Assembly: GCA_032718475.1 (NCBI GenBank)
Contig: JAUCBJ010002701.1
Coordinates: 1-64,000 of the forward strand
From: Nemertoderma westbladi
Taxonomy: Eukaryota; Animalia; Xenacoelomorpha
Length of the DNA stretch: 64,000 nt
Direction of reading: 5' to 3'
Below the pieces are notes generated by a model that was given only the letters and a program-made list of their open reading frames with translations, ran no database searches and was not told the DNA's origin. The position numbers and the translations under genes are program-made. Below are positions 1 to 14,187 of this stretch, piece after piece. How positions within the stretch are numbered: position 1 is the first letter of the stretch; the number at the start of each line of letters is the position of its first letter.

Positions 1-890
1 CTGATTTCATTTCCGATGTCAGTTTTCGTGTTTAATGTCACCCACATTGTCTGTTTGTCTGTTTAGCTGTCGGTTATATTTTGACGGACAGAAAGACAGC
101 AATGACAGCCAGACATGACTCCGACAAATGAGTAAACCGACTTTAGAAATGAAATCACCAACCCAGAAAACCTTTGCAACAAAATTTCCAGCGGGGTTGT
201 GTGCATTCTAACATTTCATTGTACAGAATTACCCTAAGCAAAAGCTTTAAATGCGTTTTCTGACGAATGCAAATTTTAAATTTCAAAATGGAAAGGCTTT
301 TATATTCTAAAAATTAACGAATTCTAGTGACATTTGGCATGAATGATAATTGGGTGATACTTAACACTATTATTACCACTTGTTTAATTTTATTGTTATA
401 GCTAAGATACAGTATTTAACAAAATGTGTCAATTTTTGGCCCAAAATGGCGTAAAATCCGGTAAAAAATCGCGCTTTTTAAATAATTATTGAACAAAAGC
501 ATTTATCAAAATTCTGGTAATTAGAACGATTTACGATATCATCGTGCACAAATGATGAAATTTTGGTCACTTGATGACCATTCCTGTAAGAGCATTTTAA
601 AAAATAATTGCTTAAATTATGTTAATTAGGTTAAAAATTAAAAATTTCGAAAATATTTTTTTGAAATTTTTTTAATCCACCTATTCTATACATGTGTACC
701 AAATGTCAATAAATTTGGGTTAAACGAAGTCTCCTAAATAAGGGAACGAAATTTTTGGTTAATTAGTCAACCCCCCCCCCCCCCCCCCCCCCCCACTCCC
801 TAAGTTAATGGAACATTTCATTTAGCGTAGATGATTTATAAAAGAAAATTCCTTTTTTTTCATTTCATTTGTTCGAACTATCTTAGAGTC

Positions 891-3801
891 CTACTACTAC
901 TAGGATCGGCATTGCAGCTGCATTTTTAAGAATGCTGCGCCGGCTTGTCGACAAAATTGCGCCGCCACAACTCCCTATCACCCATGACATTTGCTAGATC
1001 ATCCGCATCTTCAAGGCCAGTGTCCTTTAAGATGCGTCTCAAGAAAGGCATGGGCTGTCCGCCATGCTTATTCACTCCATGAGGCTGCCAATGTACAAGA
1101 TTATGCACTGGCTGGTCCTCACGGCGAAAGCAATGTCCTGCAAAGCGGAGGCGATATTGTTCTAGTGTGAAGCTTGGGGGAACCAATTGGACACCTCCAA
1201 TGTTATATAGTGTCTGGTTGGAGATGTGTGCATTGTACTTGACACAATGAACCCGGCGTAGCATTCTTGTGAATGTGCCATCCAGAGATTTGGTGTCCTC
1301 AGCAGTTAGAGCCCAGCATGGACTCCCATAGAGGAGTACTGGAACTACTGCTGCTCTAAATAATCGGACCTTAAGTTTCCGATTAATTCTAGGTGACTTC
1401 CAAATCCTGGAAAGCCTATTCAAGGCTGACCATACCTTTCCCTTACGTATTCGAAGGTCCTCACCTGACTTCCAGATCCATGATCCCAGGTAACAGAAGT
1501 CGTCCACATGCTCAAGCATACCATCCTTTGAGCTTATGCTCATCCGATCAGAGACTTACTGAGAACTTTCAAAGTTAACTGTCAAAATTTTGGTCTTTCT
1601 GGAGTTAATAAAAAGACCAACACTAGAAGCAGCATGTTCTAATGAGCTGAGCCTCTAGTGATTCTGAAAGTACTCCTAAGTAAAGTCATCATCAAAGTCT
1701 AGATCAGTTAGGTACTTGGCAGGATTTCCTCGACTTCTGGAGCCAGTAGGTGCAGTGAGTTATCATCACCCCATCATCATTATGATGATCTAAGGACATG
1801 CGTAGAACATAGTCAACCACAATTATAAACAAGAATGATGCAAGTGTGTCTCCCTGGAGGACGCCCCATAACACTTCAAATGGTTCTGTGTCACCGTCAA
1901 CAGTAGACACAAATGTTGTCGAACCATCGTATACTGATCTGATTGCTGCAATAATTTCATCAGGAATCCCATATAATGAAAGTATGCTGAACATACGTGA
2001 GCGAGAGACTGAATCAAATGCCTTGAAGAAGTCAACAAAGATAACAGCCAGATGCCTGTCTTTCTTTTTTGTTAACTCTTCAATTATCCTTCTAAGTGCC
2101 AAAATGGGCTCCATGGTCCTACGACTTTTACGGAACCCATTCTGATTTCCACGGAGCAGTCTCTCAATGGGATCCCTGATGCGATTTAATATAATTCTAT
2201 TGTATAGCTTTGCAGCAATCGAGATCAATGAAATTCCCCGAAAAGAACCATATAGTGTTAGGTTGCCCTTCTTGGGAACTGGCACCAACTTATTTGTTTT
2301 AATTTCTTGTGGGACTCTTGTTGTTCTGTACATGTCTACTATGATGGGATAGATGAGCTTTAAACACTCAGTTATTTTAAAGACCTCAGGGGGAACACCA
2401 TCTACTCCACTGGCACGATTTGTCTTAATACTCTTTGCAGCAGCCTTCACTTCTGCAAAGGAGATATCGCCAATGGGAATATCTGGGAGAACAGACTCAG
2501 ACACGTTTACTTCTATAAAGTTATCAGGCAATACCCTGTCATTATTGATGAGCTTTTCAAAGTGGGCCTTCCAACCATTGAGGCGATTGGCTGGTGATTC
2601 AGCCTTAACCTTGGTGGTTGGTTGGCTTTTCCGCCCAGTAAGCAAGTTGATCGATTTCCATGCCTGGGATGATTGCCTGCTGTCATCAGCATCATTGATG
2701 GCATCAACCTGTTGGTTTATTAGCTCCTGTAGACTAACAGAGTACTGCCCGTTCAGGGACCTAGATGCAGCCTTAACTGCATTCTTGGCCGCTGTAGTCT
2801 GTTTGAGTCGGGACTCTTTCTGCGCCTTATAAAGGTCATTTCGGCACTTCTGAATTTTGTTGTCAGTCCAGGGCGCCCTTTTCCTGTTTCGAGGGTATAC
2901 AGGAACTGTTTCTGCAGCTGCTAACTTAACTGCCTCTGTGAAGGCAGTATAGCCCTCACAGTGATCTGCCGCCTCAGAGGCAAGAACCTCATACCTGTTG
3001 CTCAGCTGTAGTGTGAAGCTGGATTTCGCACTTGACTGTTGCAACAGAGAGGACCAGTCATGCCGCGGCAAGACAGATTTCGTTGTTCTGCTAGCACGCA
3101 GAGTAAATCTTACCTTGGCCACAATAAGGCGGTGATCACTGGAGAAGGGTCGAAGTGTAAATGCTTTACAGTCTTGTATAGAGCTCCTGTATTTCCTACG
3201 AAACAGAATATGGTCTATCTGGGTCCAGTGGGTCATTACCACTGGGTCAACTATGAGTCCATAGCTTTCCAGTTCGCTTCTTGAACTGGGTTCCAGCCGA
3301 AAACAATCCATTTCCAGAGATAAAATCCTGAAGATGGACGGAATTTCGTTTAACACTATTGCTATAGACCCAGGGCGATGTACGTGATTGATATATTGTA
3401 TTGAATACATGCTGATCCACTCCATCAGTAGCTGCTTGTAGATTGGGGTAGAAATTTTCCACCTCCTCTACAGGGATAACACTGGTTGGAGAGTAGCACA
3501 CAATCAGAACCACCTTAGGAAACTTCTTAGCCAGTCTTCCAGAACATGAGAAGTGACAACGGATGATGCGGTTAGAGATTTGGTCTATTTTGTCCAATGC
3601 TGCATGTGCAGTTGGATTCATCAATAGACCAATTCCACCATTGCCACTATCATCTGCTGATGCGAGGGCGAGTCGCCAACCGCCCCCCATGTCCTTAATC
3701 AGAACCTCATCAGTCTGTCCAGTCTGCATTCGGTGCTCTTGAACACCCACTGCGCTAAGAGAAAGCTTATCTGCCAAGGCAGTCAGCTCACCTTGTCGCA
3801 T
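891..3801 (-). mobile_element. Decayed RTE-clade LINE (APE endonuclease + reverse transcriptase), frameshifted
   Basis: Successive ORF pieces 3247-3801 (APE: VGVQEHR, GIGLL, CYSPT), 1704-3425 (QIDHIL, SDH, KKGNL..FRGISL, FVDFFKAFDSV, GVLQGDTL) and 926-1543 (FCYLGS, LLYGS..W, RLRFAGH). The catalytic motif is degenerate (DFDDD near 1690-1705). 3' (TAG)n tail at about 891-903. Confidence 0.92.
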
Positions 3802-3997
3802 TGGGGACCCGAGTGTTAGTGACTAGTGACTTGCCTCAGATTCGCCAATGGCTTTGTTGGTCGGGGTGGAACATGAAAGTAGCCTCGAACTCCAGAATCA
3901 CTCTACCCCTCACAATCTGGCCTCCCTGGTGACCCAGGGTTTGGGCCAGAAAGGTTATCAGGAAAGGGACTCAAAGAGTCCCTTAGTGTTGTAGTAG

Positions 3998-6414
3998 TGA
4001 ACCCTGCCCACTACTACTTACCATAGGACCTCTGTACCCTGCCCACTACCACTTACCATAGGACAGCTCTGAACCCTGCCCACTACTACCTACCATAGGA
4101 CAGCTCTGAACCCTGCCCACTACTACTTACCATAGGACAGCTCTGAACCCTGTCCACTACTACTTACCATAGCACAGCTCTGAACCCTGTCCACTACTAC
4201 TTACCATAGGACAGCTCTGAACCCTGCCCACTACTACTTACCATAGGACAGCTCCGAACCCTGCCCACTACTACTTACCAAAGGACTGCTCTGAACCCTG
4301 CCCACTACTACTTACCATAGAACAGCTCTGTACCCTGCCCACTACTACTTACCATAGGACAGCTCTGAACCCGGCCCACTACTACTTACCATAGGACAGC
4401 TCCGAACCCTGCCCACTACTACTTACCAAAGGACAGCTCTGAACCCTGCCCACTACTACTTACCATAGGACATCTCTGAACCCTGCCCACTACTACTTAC
4501 CATAGGACAGCTCTGAACCCTGTCCACTACTACTTACCATAGGACAGCTCTGAACCCTGCCCACTAATACTTACCATAGGACAGCTCTGAACCCTGCCCA
4601 CTACTACTTACCATAGGACAGCTCTGAACCCTGCCCACTACTACTTACCATAGCACAGCTCTGAACCCTGCCCACTACTACTTACCATAGGACAGCTCTG
4701 AACCCTGCCCACTACTACTTACCATAGAACAGCTCTGTACCCTGTCCACTACTACTTACCATAGGACAGCTCTGAACCCTGCCCACTACTATCCATAGGA
4801 CACCTCTGAACCCTGCCCACTACCACTTACCATAGGACAGCTCTGAACCCGACCCACTACTACTTACCATAGGACAGCTCTGAACCCTGCCCACTACTAC
4901 TTACCATAGCACAGCTCTGAACCCTGTCCACTACTACTTACCATAGGACAGCTCTGAACCCTGCCCACTACTATCCATAGGACACCTCTGAACCCTGCCC
5001 ACTACTACTTACCATAGGACAGCTCTGAACCCTGTCCACTACTACTTACCATATGACAGCTCTGAACCCTGCCCACTACTACTTACCATAAGACAGCTCT
5101 GAACCCTGCCCACTACTACTTACCATAGGACAGCTCTGAACCCTGTCCACTACTACTTACCATAGCACAGCTCTGAACCCTGTCCACTACTACTTACCAT
5201 AGCACAGCTCTGAACCCTGTCCACTACTACTTACCATAGCACAGCTCTGAACCATGTCCACTACTACTTACCATAGGACAGCTCTGAACCCTGCCCACCA
5301 CTACTTACCATAGGACAGCTCTGAACCCTGCCCACTACTACTTACCATAGCACAGCTCTGAACCCTGTCCATTACTACTTACCATAGGACAGCTCTGAAC
5401 CCTGCCCACTACTACTTACCATAGGACAGCTCTGAACCCTGCCCACTACTACTTACCATAGCACAGCTCTGAACCCTGTCCACTACTACTTACCATATGA
5501 CAGCTCTGAACCCTGCCCACTACTACTTACCATAGGACAGCTCTGAACCCTGCCCACTCTACTTACCATAGGACAGCTCTGAACCCTGCCCACTACTACT
5601 TACCATAGGACAGCTGTGAACCCTGCCCACTACTACTTACCATAGCACAGCTCTGAACCCTGTCCACTACTACTTACCATAGGACAGCTCTGAACCCTGC
5701 CCACTACTACTTACCATAGGACAGCTCTGAACCCTGTCCACTACTACTTACCATAGCACAGCTCGGAACCCTGTCCACTACTACTTACCATAGGACAGCT
5801 CTGAACCCTGCCCACTACTACTTACCATAGGACAGCTCTGAACCCTGCCCACTACTACTTACCATAGCACAGCTCTGAACCCTGTCCACTACTACTTACC
5901 ATAGGACAGCTCTGAACCCTGCCCACTACTACTTACCATAGGACAGCTCTGAACCCTGCCCACTACTACTTACCATAGCACAGCTCTGAACCCTGTCCAC
6001 TACTACTTACCATATGACAGCTCTGAACCCTGCCCACTACTACTTACCATAGGACAGCTCTGAACCCTGCCCACTACTACTTACCATAGGACAGCTCTGA
6101 ACCCTGTCCACTACTACTTACCATAGGACAGCGCTGAACCCTGCCCACTACTATCCATAGGACAGCTCTGAACCCTGCCCACTACTACTTACCATAGGAC
6201 AGCTCTGAACCCTGTCCACTACTACTTACCATAGGACAGCTCTGAACCCTGTCCACTACTACTTACCATAGGACAGCTCTGAACCCTGCCCACTACTACT
6301 TACCATAGGACAGCTCTGAACCCTGCCCACTACTACTTACCATAGGACAGCTCTGAACCCTGCCCACTACTACTTACCATAGGACAGCTCTGAACCCTGC
6401 CCACTACTACTTAC
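3998..6414. repeat. 37-bp minisatellite, about 65 copies (tgaaccctgcccactactacttaccataggacagctc)
   Basis: Direct tandem periodicity of 37 bp (e.g. 4071 to 4108) with few variant positions. Confidence 0.97.
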
Positions 6415-6463
6415 CTTTATAGATTCCGGAACCTGCTCATCCGTGCTTCTTTTGGATAACGTT
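6415..6463 (-). CDS. Predicted exon 3 of a host single-pass membrane protein gene (TLSKRSTDEQVPESIK)
   Basis: atttcag acceptor and AAG|gtaagt donor. Only one frame is open, and it matches the phase-2 end of the upstream exon. Confidence 0.55.
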
Positions 6464-6873
6464 CTGAAATTATAAATAAATTATTATAGGAAATATTCAT
6501 AAATAGTTATTCCTGAAACGATATATACACTAGGAATGTATGGTCCCGCCAACCTGCTGAATTATTATTAAGGTTTCTACTTATGTGGGGCGAGTCAAAA
6601 CTGCGAGCCATCAGCGAACTGTTATAATTACACTATGGCCTGTTTCTAAAAGTCGGGGTGTGTGTTAGTGTGTCGGAAGCCGTACCTGTCTGAAGCCAAT
6701 ATCAGAATATATAACTAGCCATAGTATAATTATGATTTTTTTTGTCATTGTGCTGCACTAAAGGCCCCACTCGTGTTTGAGTTTGATTTAAGTTTTTAAC
6801 CAAATTGCGCCCCTTGCCCTGTGGCGGGCTAGAGGTGTTGCGTTAATGAAACAGTATAATGATTGACAGTAAC

Positions 6874-7061
6874 CTGTGCAGTTTAGACCAGTTTTGTTTC
6901 GCTTTCTCTGTGCTTTCTGGAGATACATGCCGGTGATGGTGGTGGTGGTTGTCTGTTGTAGTCCCGATCTCAGCAGTGGCTACCGGCGCATTTGGTATCG
7001 GTGATTTCAGTAACATTTGCTTTTCCGAACGATCTTTCTTTTCTTTTCTGCTCTCTTTGGC
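6874..7061 (-). CDS. Predicted exon 2 of a host single-pass membrane protein gene (AKESRKEKK...DNHHHHHRH...KQNWSKLH)
   Basis: tctacacag acceptor and CAG|gttact donor. 188 bp open in phase 0 and ending in phase 2, consistent with both neighbouring exons. Confidence 0.6.
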
Positions 7062-7649
7062 CTGTGTAGATAGTAAACTCTCATTAAAAACCTGAATTAT
7101 CTATTAGGAAATTAAATTGTGCCGAGGTTTCTATTATCTTTATTGGAATCGATGACCTTGTTTGTTTAATTCTCTCTGCCAAACTCTGCCAGATATAATT
7201 ATTTCCCTGCAAACCGTCTCGCTAGTCTCTGCGAACCGGTATGTGGGATGTCCTAAATCGATACCGCCGCAGTGCGGGAAAGAACACTTTAGGAAATTAG
7301 ATGTCAATGAAATTCCAGTAATTGAGACAGGGATATACAAACAGACTGTAAGTCGAGATACTGAAACTACAGAATGATAAAGATAAATTATGTTAGTAGT
7401 CGTGGAGTAACACGGTACCTGGGACCATTTTTGTTGTATAAATTTTATATCTGAAGAATTTGTATTCTTAAAAATTCTCTTAATTAGCGTTTTAGTGCTT
7501 ATTTGTATCTATAACTTGTACAAATACTAATTCGTTTATGGTTTTGGTTAGATTGAGCCCTTCTGAAATCTGTGTTCTTAGAGAAAACATGCCTAGTCAC
7601 CGATACGTTAATGAATAACGCCCACTTACCGTTGTGTTACTGCATAACT

Positions 7650-8837
7650 CTTACAATCCGCCATACACCAATAAACTCCCACAATCCGCCACACCAATAT
7701 TTTAATAAATAACTCCCACAATCCGCCATACACCAATGTTTTAATAAATAACTCCCACAATCCGCCACACCAATGTTTTAATAAATAACTCCCACAATCC
7801 GCCACACCAATGTTTTAATAAATAACTCCCACAATCCGCCACACCAATGTTTTAATAAATAACTCCCACAATCCGCCATGCCAATATTTTAATAAATAAC
7901 TCCCACAATCCGCCACACCAATATTTTAATAAATAACTCCCACAATCCGCCACACCAATATTTTAATAAATAACTCCCACAATCCGCCATGCACCAATCT
8001 TTTATTAAATAACGACCACAATCCGCCATACCAATGTTTTAATAAATAACTCCCACAATCCGCCACACCAATGTTTTAATAAATAACTCCCACAATCCGC
8101 CACACCAATGTTTTAATAAATAACTCCCACAATCCGCCACACACCAATGTTTTAATAAATAACTCCCACAATCCGCCACACCAATATTTTTATAAATAAC
8201 TCCCACAATCCGCCACACCAATATTTTATTAAATAACGACCACAATCCGCCATACCAATGTTTTAATAAATAACTCCCACAATCGGCCACACCAATGTTT
8301 TAATAAATAACTCCCACAATCAGCCACACCAATGTTTTAATAAATAACTCCCACAATCCGCCACACCAATGTTTTAATAAATAACTCCCACAATCCGCCA
8401 CACCAATGTTTTAATAAATAACTCCCACAATCCGCCACACCAATGTTTTAATAAATAACTCCCACAATCCGCCACACCAATGTTTTAATAAATAACGACC
8501 ACAATCCGCCATACCAATGTTTTAATAAATAACTCCCACAATCGGCCACACCAATGTTTTAATAAATAACTCCCACAATCCGCCACACCAATGTTTTAAT
8601 AAATAACTCCCACAATCCGCCACACCAATGTTTTAATAAATAACTCCCACAATCCGCCACACCAATGTTTTAATAAATAACTCCCACAATCCGCCACGCC
8701 AATGTTTTAATAAATAACTCCCACAATCCGCCACACCAATGTTTTAATAAATAACTCCCACAATCCGCCATGCCAATATTTTAATAAATAACTCCCACAA
8801 TCCGCCACGCCAATGTTTTAATAAATAACTCCCACAA
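7650..8837. repeat. 37-bp minisatellite, about 32 copies (aataaataactcccacaatccgccacaccaatgtttt)
   Basis: Tandem periodicity of 37 bp (7751 to 7788) with occasional 2-bp longer variants. Confidence 0.97.
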
Positions 8838-8839
8838 AC

Positions 8840-9013
8840 CTTTACACAACATTTCAAGAAAAGAAATATAATTCCTCCGATATAGGCAGTAATGGTAACA
8901 ATAATTAATAACGTGCGAATCTCCCAGGTGCAGACCGCCATTAAGTGAAGGTCGTCTACCACCAGACCCATCTTGGGTAGATCCTCTGTAAACAGTCGCT
9001 CCAGCCCAGCCAT
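8840..9013 (-). CDS. Predicted first coding exon of a host single-pass membrane protein (58 aa; TM helix followed by KCCVK)
   Basis: ATG at 9013, hydrophobic stretch LLIIVTITAYIGGIIFLFL, juxtamembrane Cys-Cys, and an AAG|gtttgt donor in phase 0 that joins the basic exon-2 sequence. Confidence 0.6.
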
Positions 9014-9551
9014 TAGTGAAATATAGTAGCTAGTAATATTATATTACACAATAAATAGTTCAACGTATCATTTATAAAAAGTAAATAATTACATGAAACA
9101 TACCAACCCAACTGGGTTGAGACTTTCCTTATTTCTACCTTAAATAATTACACTAAAATATAATCGATACCAATAATATATTCAGAATCGTGTATATTGG
9201 ATTATAATTTATTGATTTCAATATTACCAAATTAGTGAGTCAACTTGGAATTTATTCAAACTTATGGTATTTATGTCTACTGTATTACTTGGCAAAGTCA
9301 ATTTGATTAATGTTAAAGTTAAATGTATCTAAAATTCATAAGGCAGTATACTACTGTATTGTACTGCACAGTTTTGTAATAACATAAATTGAGTTGGGGG
9401 GGGGGGGGGGGGTATCCATGTAACAATCAGATGGTGGCTGAGCTATCCGATAACAAATAATGTAAAACAGTGTCATACTACAGTATTCATTATTGTATAG
9501 GCGGGGGCGAGTGCGGGGGTGTCTTTTTTTATACTTAATGTAAGTCAACTG

Positions 9552-9875
9552 CGGAATGGTGTCGCAGTGGTTAAATTCGTTGCTTGAACACATATCACTC
9601 CTGGAGGTAGTGGGTTCGATCCCCGTGGGGGCCAGGACAGTTTTCGTTTCGGCACGAATAATTTATAGGGAATAGCCAGAGCGCATCTCTACCTTGCATC
9701 CTTAAATGGTAGCTAAATGAGTACTGGAGCTTCCTTTGGGGAGTATAGTTCTGGGGGGTCCGCCACCGCACAGGAAATAAGTCGTCGGACTTTGTGGGTA
9801 ATCCCTGGCCTAACGGCCGAAGAAAAAGTTATATTAATTTACTTAACTTTACTTACCTAACTTTACTTTACTTTG
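9552..9875 (+). mobile_element. tRNA-derived SINE, copy 1
   Basis: Pol III A box (tggtgtcgcagtgg), B box (ggttcgatcc), unique body and (ttac/tttac)n tail. A homologous copy lies at 54021-54292 on the opposite strand. Confidence 0.85.
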
Positions 9876-10494
9876 CTAAACTCCTCAAACGTTCGTCTAC
9901 TCTCGGCACCGGAAGTAAGAAAATTGGATGAAGTGCTGGATTGGTGGATTACAGTTTATTTTTTTCTATGCTGTTGATCTAGGCAATCTAATTGATTAGT
10001 AACTAAAATATATATAGAATAGAAAGAAACAGTTTGTTTTATATTAAAATATATATTATATAAATAATTTCTTAGAATAGAAAATTTGAAAATAAATAGG
10101 ATGTTACTGAAGGGTTGCAATTTTTGTTGAGTTTGTATTATTACTATTGCAGAAGATGCATGTTTGGTAAAAAAAAAATACAATAGAAGCCGCGACACGC
10201 CGCGATGCGATGCGTCTTTTGGAACCGCAATATTAGCCCCATCATTCATTCGAGATGATATTATTTTAACTGCGACGAAATCTACCCCTCCCAGAATCTT
10301 CGGATTTGTAATGACATGGTTTTCCATAACACATGGACGTTACTATAAGTTTTCATTTTAAGAATCTTGGCTACCAACCATTATGCATGCAACGTTGTTT
10401 ATATGCAACCACCCCTACCTACCCCTCCCCATCCACCCCCCTTCTTGATTGCGTCTGGTATACCGTATAATATCATATTTATTAATTATTCATT

Positions 10495-13400
10495 CTTTAT
10501 TTGGGATGGATATATTTATATCCATTGCATCGATTTGATTTATATATAAATGACGTGCATTGTCGTGTTTTGTCTTGCCTTGTCTAACTGCCTAGCCTCC
10601 TTTATTTGGGATGAATATATTTATATCCATTGCATCGATTTGATTTATATATAAATGACGGGCATTGTCGTGTTTTGTCTTGCCTTGTCTAACTGCCTAG
10701 ACTCCTTTATTTGGGATGAATATATTTATATCCATTGCATCGATTTGATTTATATATAAATGACGTGCATTGTCGTGTTTTGTCTTGCCTTGTCTAACTG
10801 CCTAGCCTCCTTTATTTGGGATGAATATATTTATATCCATTGCATCGATTTGATTTATATATAAATGACGTGCATTGTCGTGTTTTGTCTAGCCTTGTTT
10901 AACTGCCTAGCCTCCTTTATTTGGGATGGATATATTTATATCCATTGCATCGATTTGATTTATATATAAATGACGTGCATTGTCGTGTTTTGTCTTGCCT
11001 TGTCTAACTGCCTAGCCTCCTTTATTTGGGATGGATATATTTATATCCATTGCATCGATTTGATTTATATATAAATGACGTGCATTGTCGTGTTTTGTCT
11101 TGCCTTGTCTAACTGCCTAGCCTCCTTTATTTGGGATGGATATATTTATATCCATTGCATCGATTTGATTTATATATAAATGACGTGCATTGTCGTGTTT
11201 TGTCTTGCCTTGTTTAACTGCCTAGCCTCCTTTATTTGGGATGGATATATTTATATCCATTGCATCGATTTGATTTATATATAAATGACGTGCATTGTCG
11301 TGTTTTGTCTTGCCTTGTATAACTGCCTAGCCTCCTTTATTTGGGATGGATATATTTATATCCATTGCATCGATTTGATTTATATATAAATGACGTGCAT
11401 TGTCGTGTTTTGTCTTGCCTTGTCTAACTGCCTAGCCTCCTTTATTTGGGATGGATATATTTATATCCATTGCATCGATTTGATTTATATATAAATGACG
11501 TGCATTGTCGTGTTTTGTCTTGCCTTGTCTAACTGCCTAGCCTCCTTTATTTGGGATGGATATATTTATATCCATTGCATCGATTTGATTTATATATAAA
11601 TGACGTGCATTGTCGTGTTTTGTCTTGCCTTGTCTAACTGCCTAGCCTCCTTTATTTGGGATGGATATATTTATATCCATTGCATCGATTTGATTTATAT
11701 ATAAATGACGTGCATTGTCGTGTTTTGTCTTGCCTTGTCTAACTGCCTAGCCTCCTTTATTTGGGATGGATATATTTATATCCATTGCATCGATTTGATT
11801 TATATATAAATGACGTGCATTGTCGTGTTTTGTCTTGCCTTGTCTAACTGCCTAGCCTCCTTTATTTGGGATGGATATATTTATATCCATTGCATCGATT
11901 TGATTTATATATAAATGACGTGCATTGTCGTGTTTTGTCTTGCCTTGTTAACTGCCTAGCCTCCTTTATTTGGGATGGATATATTTATATCCATTGCATC
12001 GATTTGATTTATATATAAATGACGTGCATTGTCGTGTTTTGTCTTGCCTTGTCTAACTGCCTAGCCTCCTTTATTTGGGATGGATATATTTATATCCATT
12101 GCATCGATTTGATTTATATATAAATGACGTGCATTGTCGTGTTTTGTCTTGCCTTGTCTAACTGCCTAGCCTCCTTTATTTGGGATGGATATATTTATAT
12201 CCATTGCATCGATTTGATTTATATATAAATGACGTGCATTGTCGTGTTTTGTCTTGCCTTGTCTAACTGCCTAGCCTCCTTTATTTGGGATGGATATATT
12301 TATATCCATTGCATCGATTTGATTTATATATAAATGACGTGCATTGTCGTGTTTTGTCTTGCCTTGTCTAACTGCCTAGCCTCCTTTATTTGGGATGGAT
12401 ATATTTATATCCATTGCATCGATTTGATTTATATATAAATGACGTGCATTGTCGTGTTTTGTCTTGCCTTGTCTAACTGCCTAGCCTCCTTTATTTGGGA
12501 TGGATATATTTATATCCATTGCATCGATTTGATTTATATATAAATGACGTGCATTGTCGTGTTTTGTCTTGCCTTGTCTAACTGCCTAGCCTCCTTTATT
12601 TGGGATGGATATATTTATATCCATTGCATCGATTTGATTTATATATAAATGACGTGCATTGTCGTGTTTTGTCTTGCCTTGTCTAACTGCCTAGCCTCCT
12701 TTATTTGGGATGGATATATTTATATCCATTGCATCGATTTGATTTATATATAAATGACGTGCATTGTCGTGTTTTGTCTTGCCTTGTCTAACTGCCTAGC
12801 CTCCTTTATTTGGGATGGATATATTTATATCCATTGCATCGATTTGATTTATATATAAATGACGTGCATTGTCGTGTTTTGTCTTGCCTTGTCTAACTGC
12901 CTAGCCTCCTTTATTTGGGATGGATATATTTATATCCATTGCATCGATTTGATTTATATATAAATGACGTGCATTGTCGTGTTTTGTCTTGCCTTGTCTA
13001 ACTGCCTAGCCTCCTTTATTTGGGATGGATATATTTATATCCATTGCATCGATTTGATTTATATATAAATGACGTGCATTGTCGTGTTTTGTCTTGCCTT
13101 GTCTAACTGCCTAGCCTCCTTTATTTGGGATGGATATATTTATATCCATTGCATCGATTTGATTTATATATAAATGACGTGCATTGTCGTGTTTTGTCTT
13201 GCCTTGTCTAACTGCCTAGCCTCCTTTATTTGGGATGGATATATTTATATCCATTGCATCGATTTGATTTATATATAAATGACGTGCATTGTCGTGTTTT
13301 GTCTTGCCTTGTCTAACTGCCTAGCCTCCTTTATTTGGGATGGATATATTTATATCCATTGCATCGATTTGATTTATATATAAATGACGTGCATTGTCGT

Positions 13401-14187
13401 GTTTTGTCTTGCCTTGTCTAACTGCCTAGCCTCCTTTATTTGGGATGGATATATTTATATCCATTGCATCGATTTGATTTATATATAAATGACGTGCATT
13501 GTCGTGTTTTGTCTTGCCTTGTCTAACTGCCTAGCCTTCTTTATTTGGGATGGATATATTTATATCCATTGCATCGATTTGATTTATATATAAATGACGT
13601 GCATTGTCGTGTTTTGTCTAGCCTTGTCTAACTGCCTAGCCTTCTTTATTTGGGATGGATATATTTATATCCATTGCATCGATTTGATTTATGTATAAAT
13701 GACGTGCATTGTCGTGTTTTGTCTAGCCTTGTTTAACTGCCTAGCCTCCTTTATTTGGGATGGATATATTTATATCCATTGCATCGATTTGATTTATATA
13801 TAAATGACGTGCATTGTCGTGTTTTGTCTTGCCTTGTCTAACTGCCTAGCCTCCTTTATTTGGGATGGATATATTTATATCCATTGCATCGATTTGATTT
13901 ATATATAAATGACGTGCATTGTCGTGTTTTGTCTTGCCTTGTCTAACTGCCTAGCCTCCTTTATTTGGGATGGATATATTTATATCCATTGCATCGATTT
14001 GATTTATATATAAATGACGTGCATTGTCGTGTTTTGTCTAGCCTTGTTTAACTGCCTAGCCTCCTTTATTTGGGATGGATATATTTATATCCATTGCATC
14101 GATTTGATTTTTATATAAATGACGTGCATTGTCGTGTTTTGTCTTGCCTTGTCTAACTGCCTAGCCTCCTTTATTTGGGATGGATAT
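10495..14187. repeat. 105-bp satellite, left arm, about 35 copies
   Basis: Period 105 (10501 to 10606) with highly homogeneous units. Confidence 0.98.

Noticed and set aside
1-800. Imperfect inverted repeat (gatttcatttc/gaaatgaaatc) and AT-rich sequence resembling DNA transposon remnants, also at 44620-45220 and 49080-49250
   Set aside because: Paired termini and TSDs could not be defined, so no family call is supportable.
885-3981. agagtcc as the TSD of the first RTE
   Set aside because: Only 7 bp, and the right copy is part of a local hairpin, so it could be chance.
9552-9635. tRNA gene
   Set aside because: A and B boxes are present but there is no clean cloverleaf; it continues into a SINE body and tail, with a second copy at 54021-54292.
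3998-14187. Regular 37-bp and 105-bp repeats as CRISPR arrays
   Set aside because: Units are head-to-tail with no unique spacers, there are no cas genes, and the context is eukaryotic.
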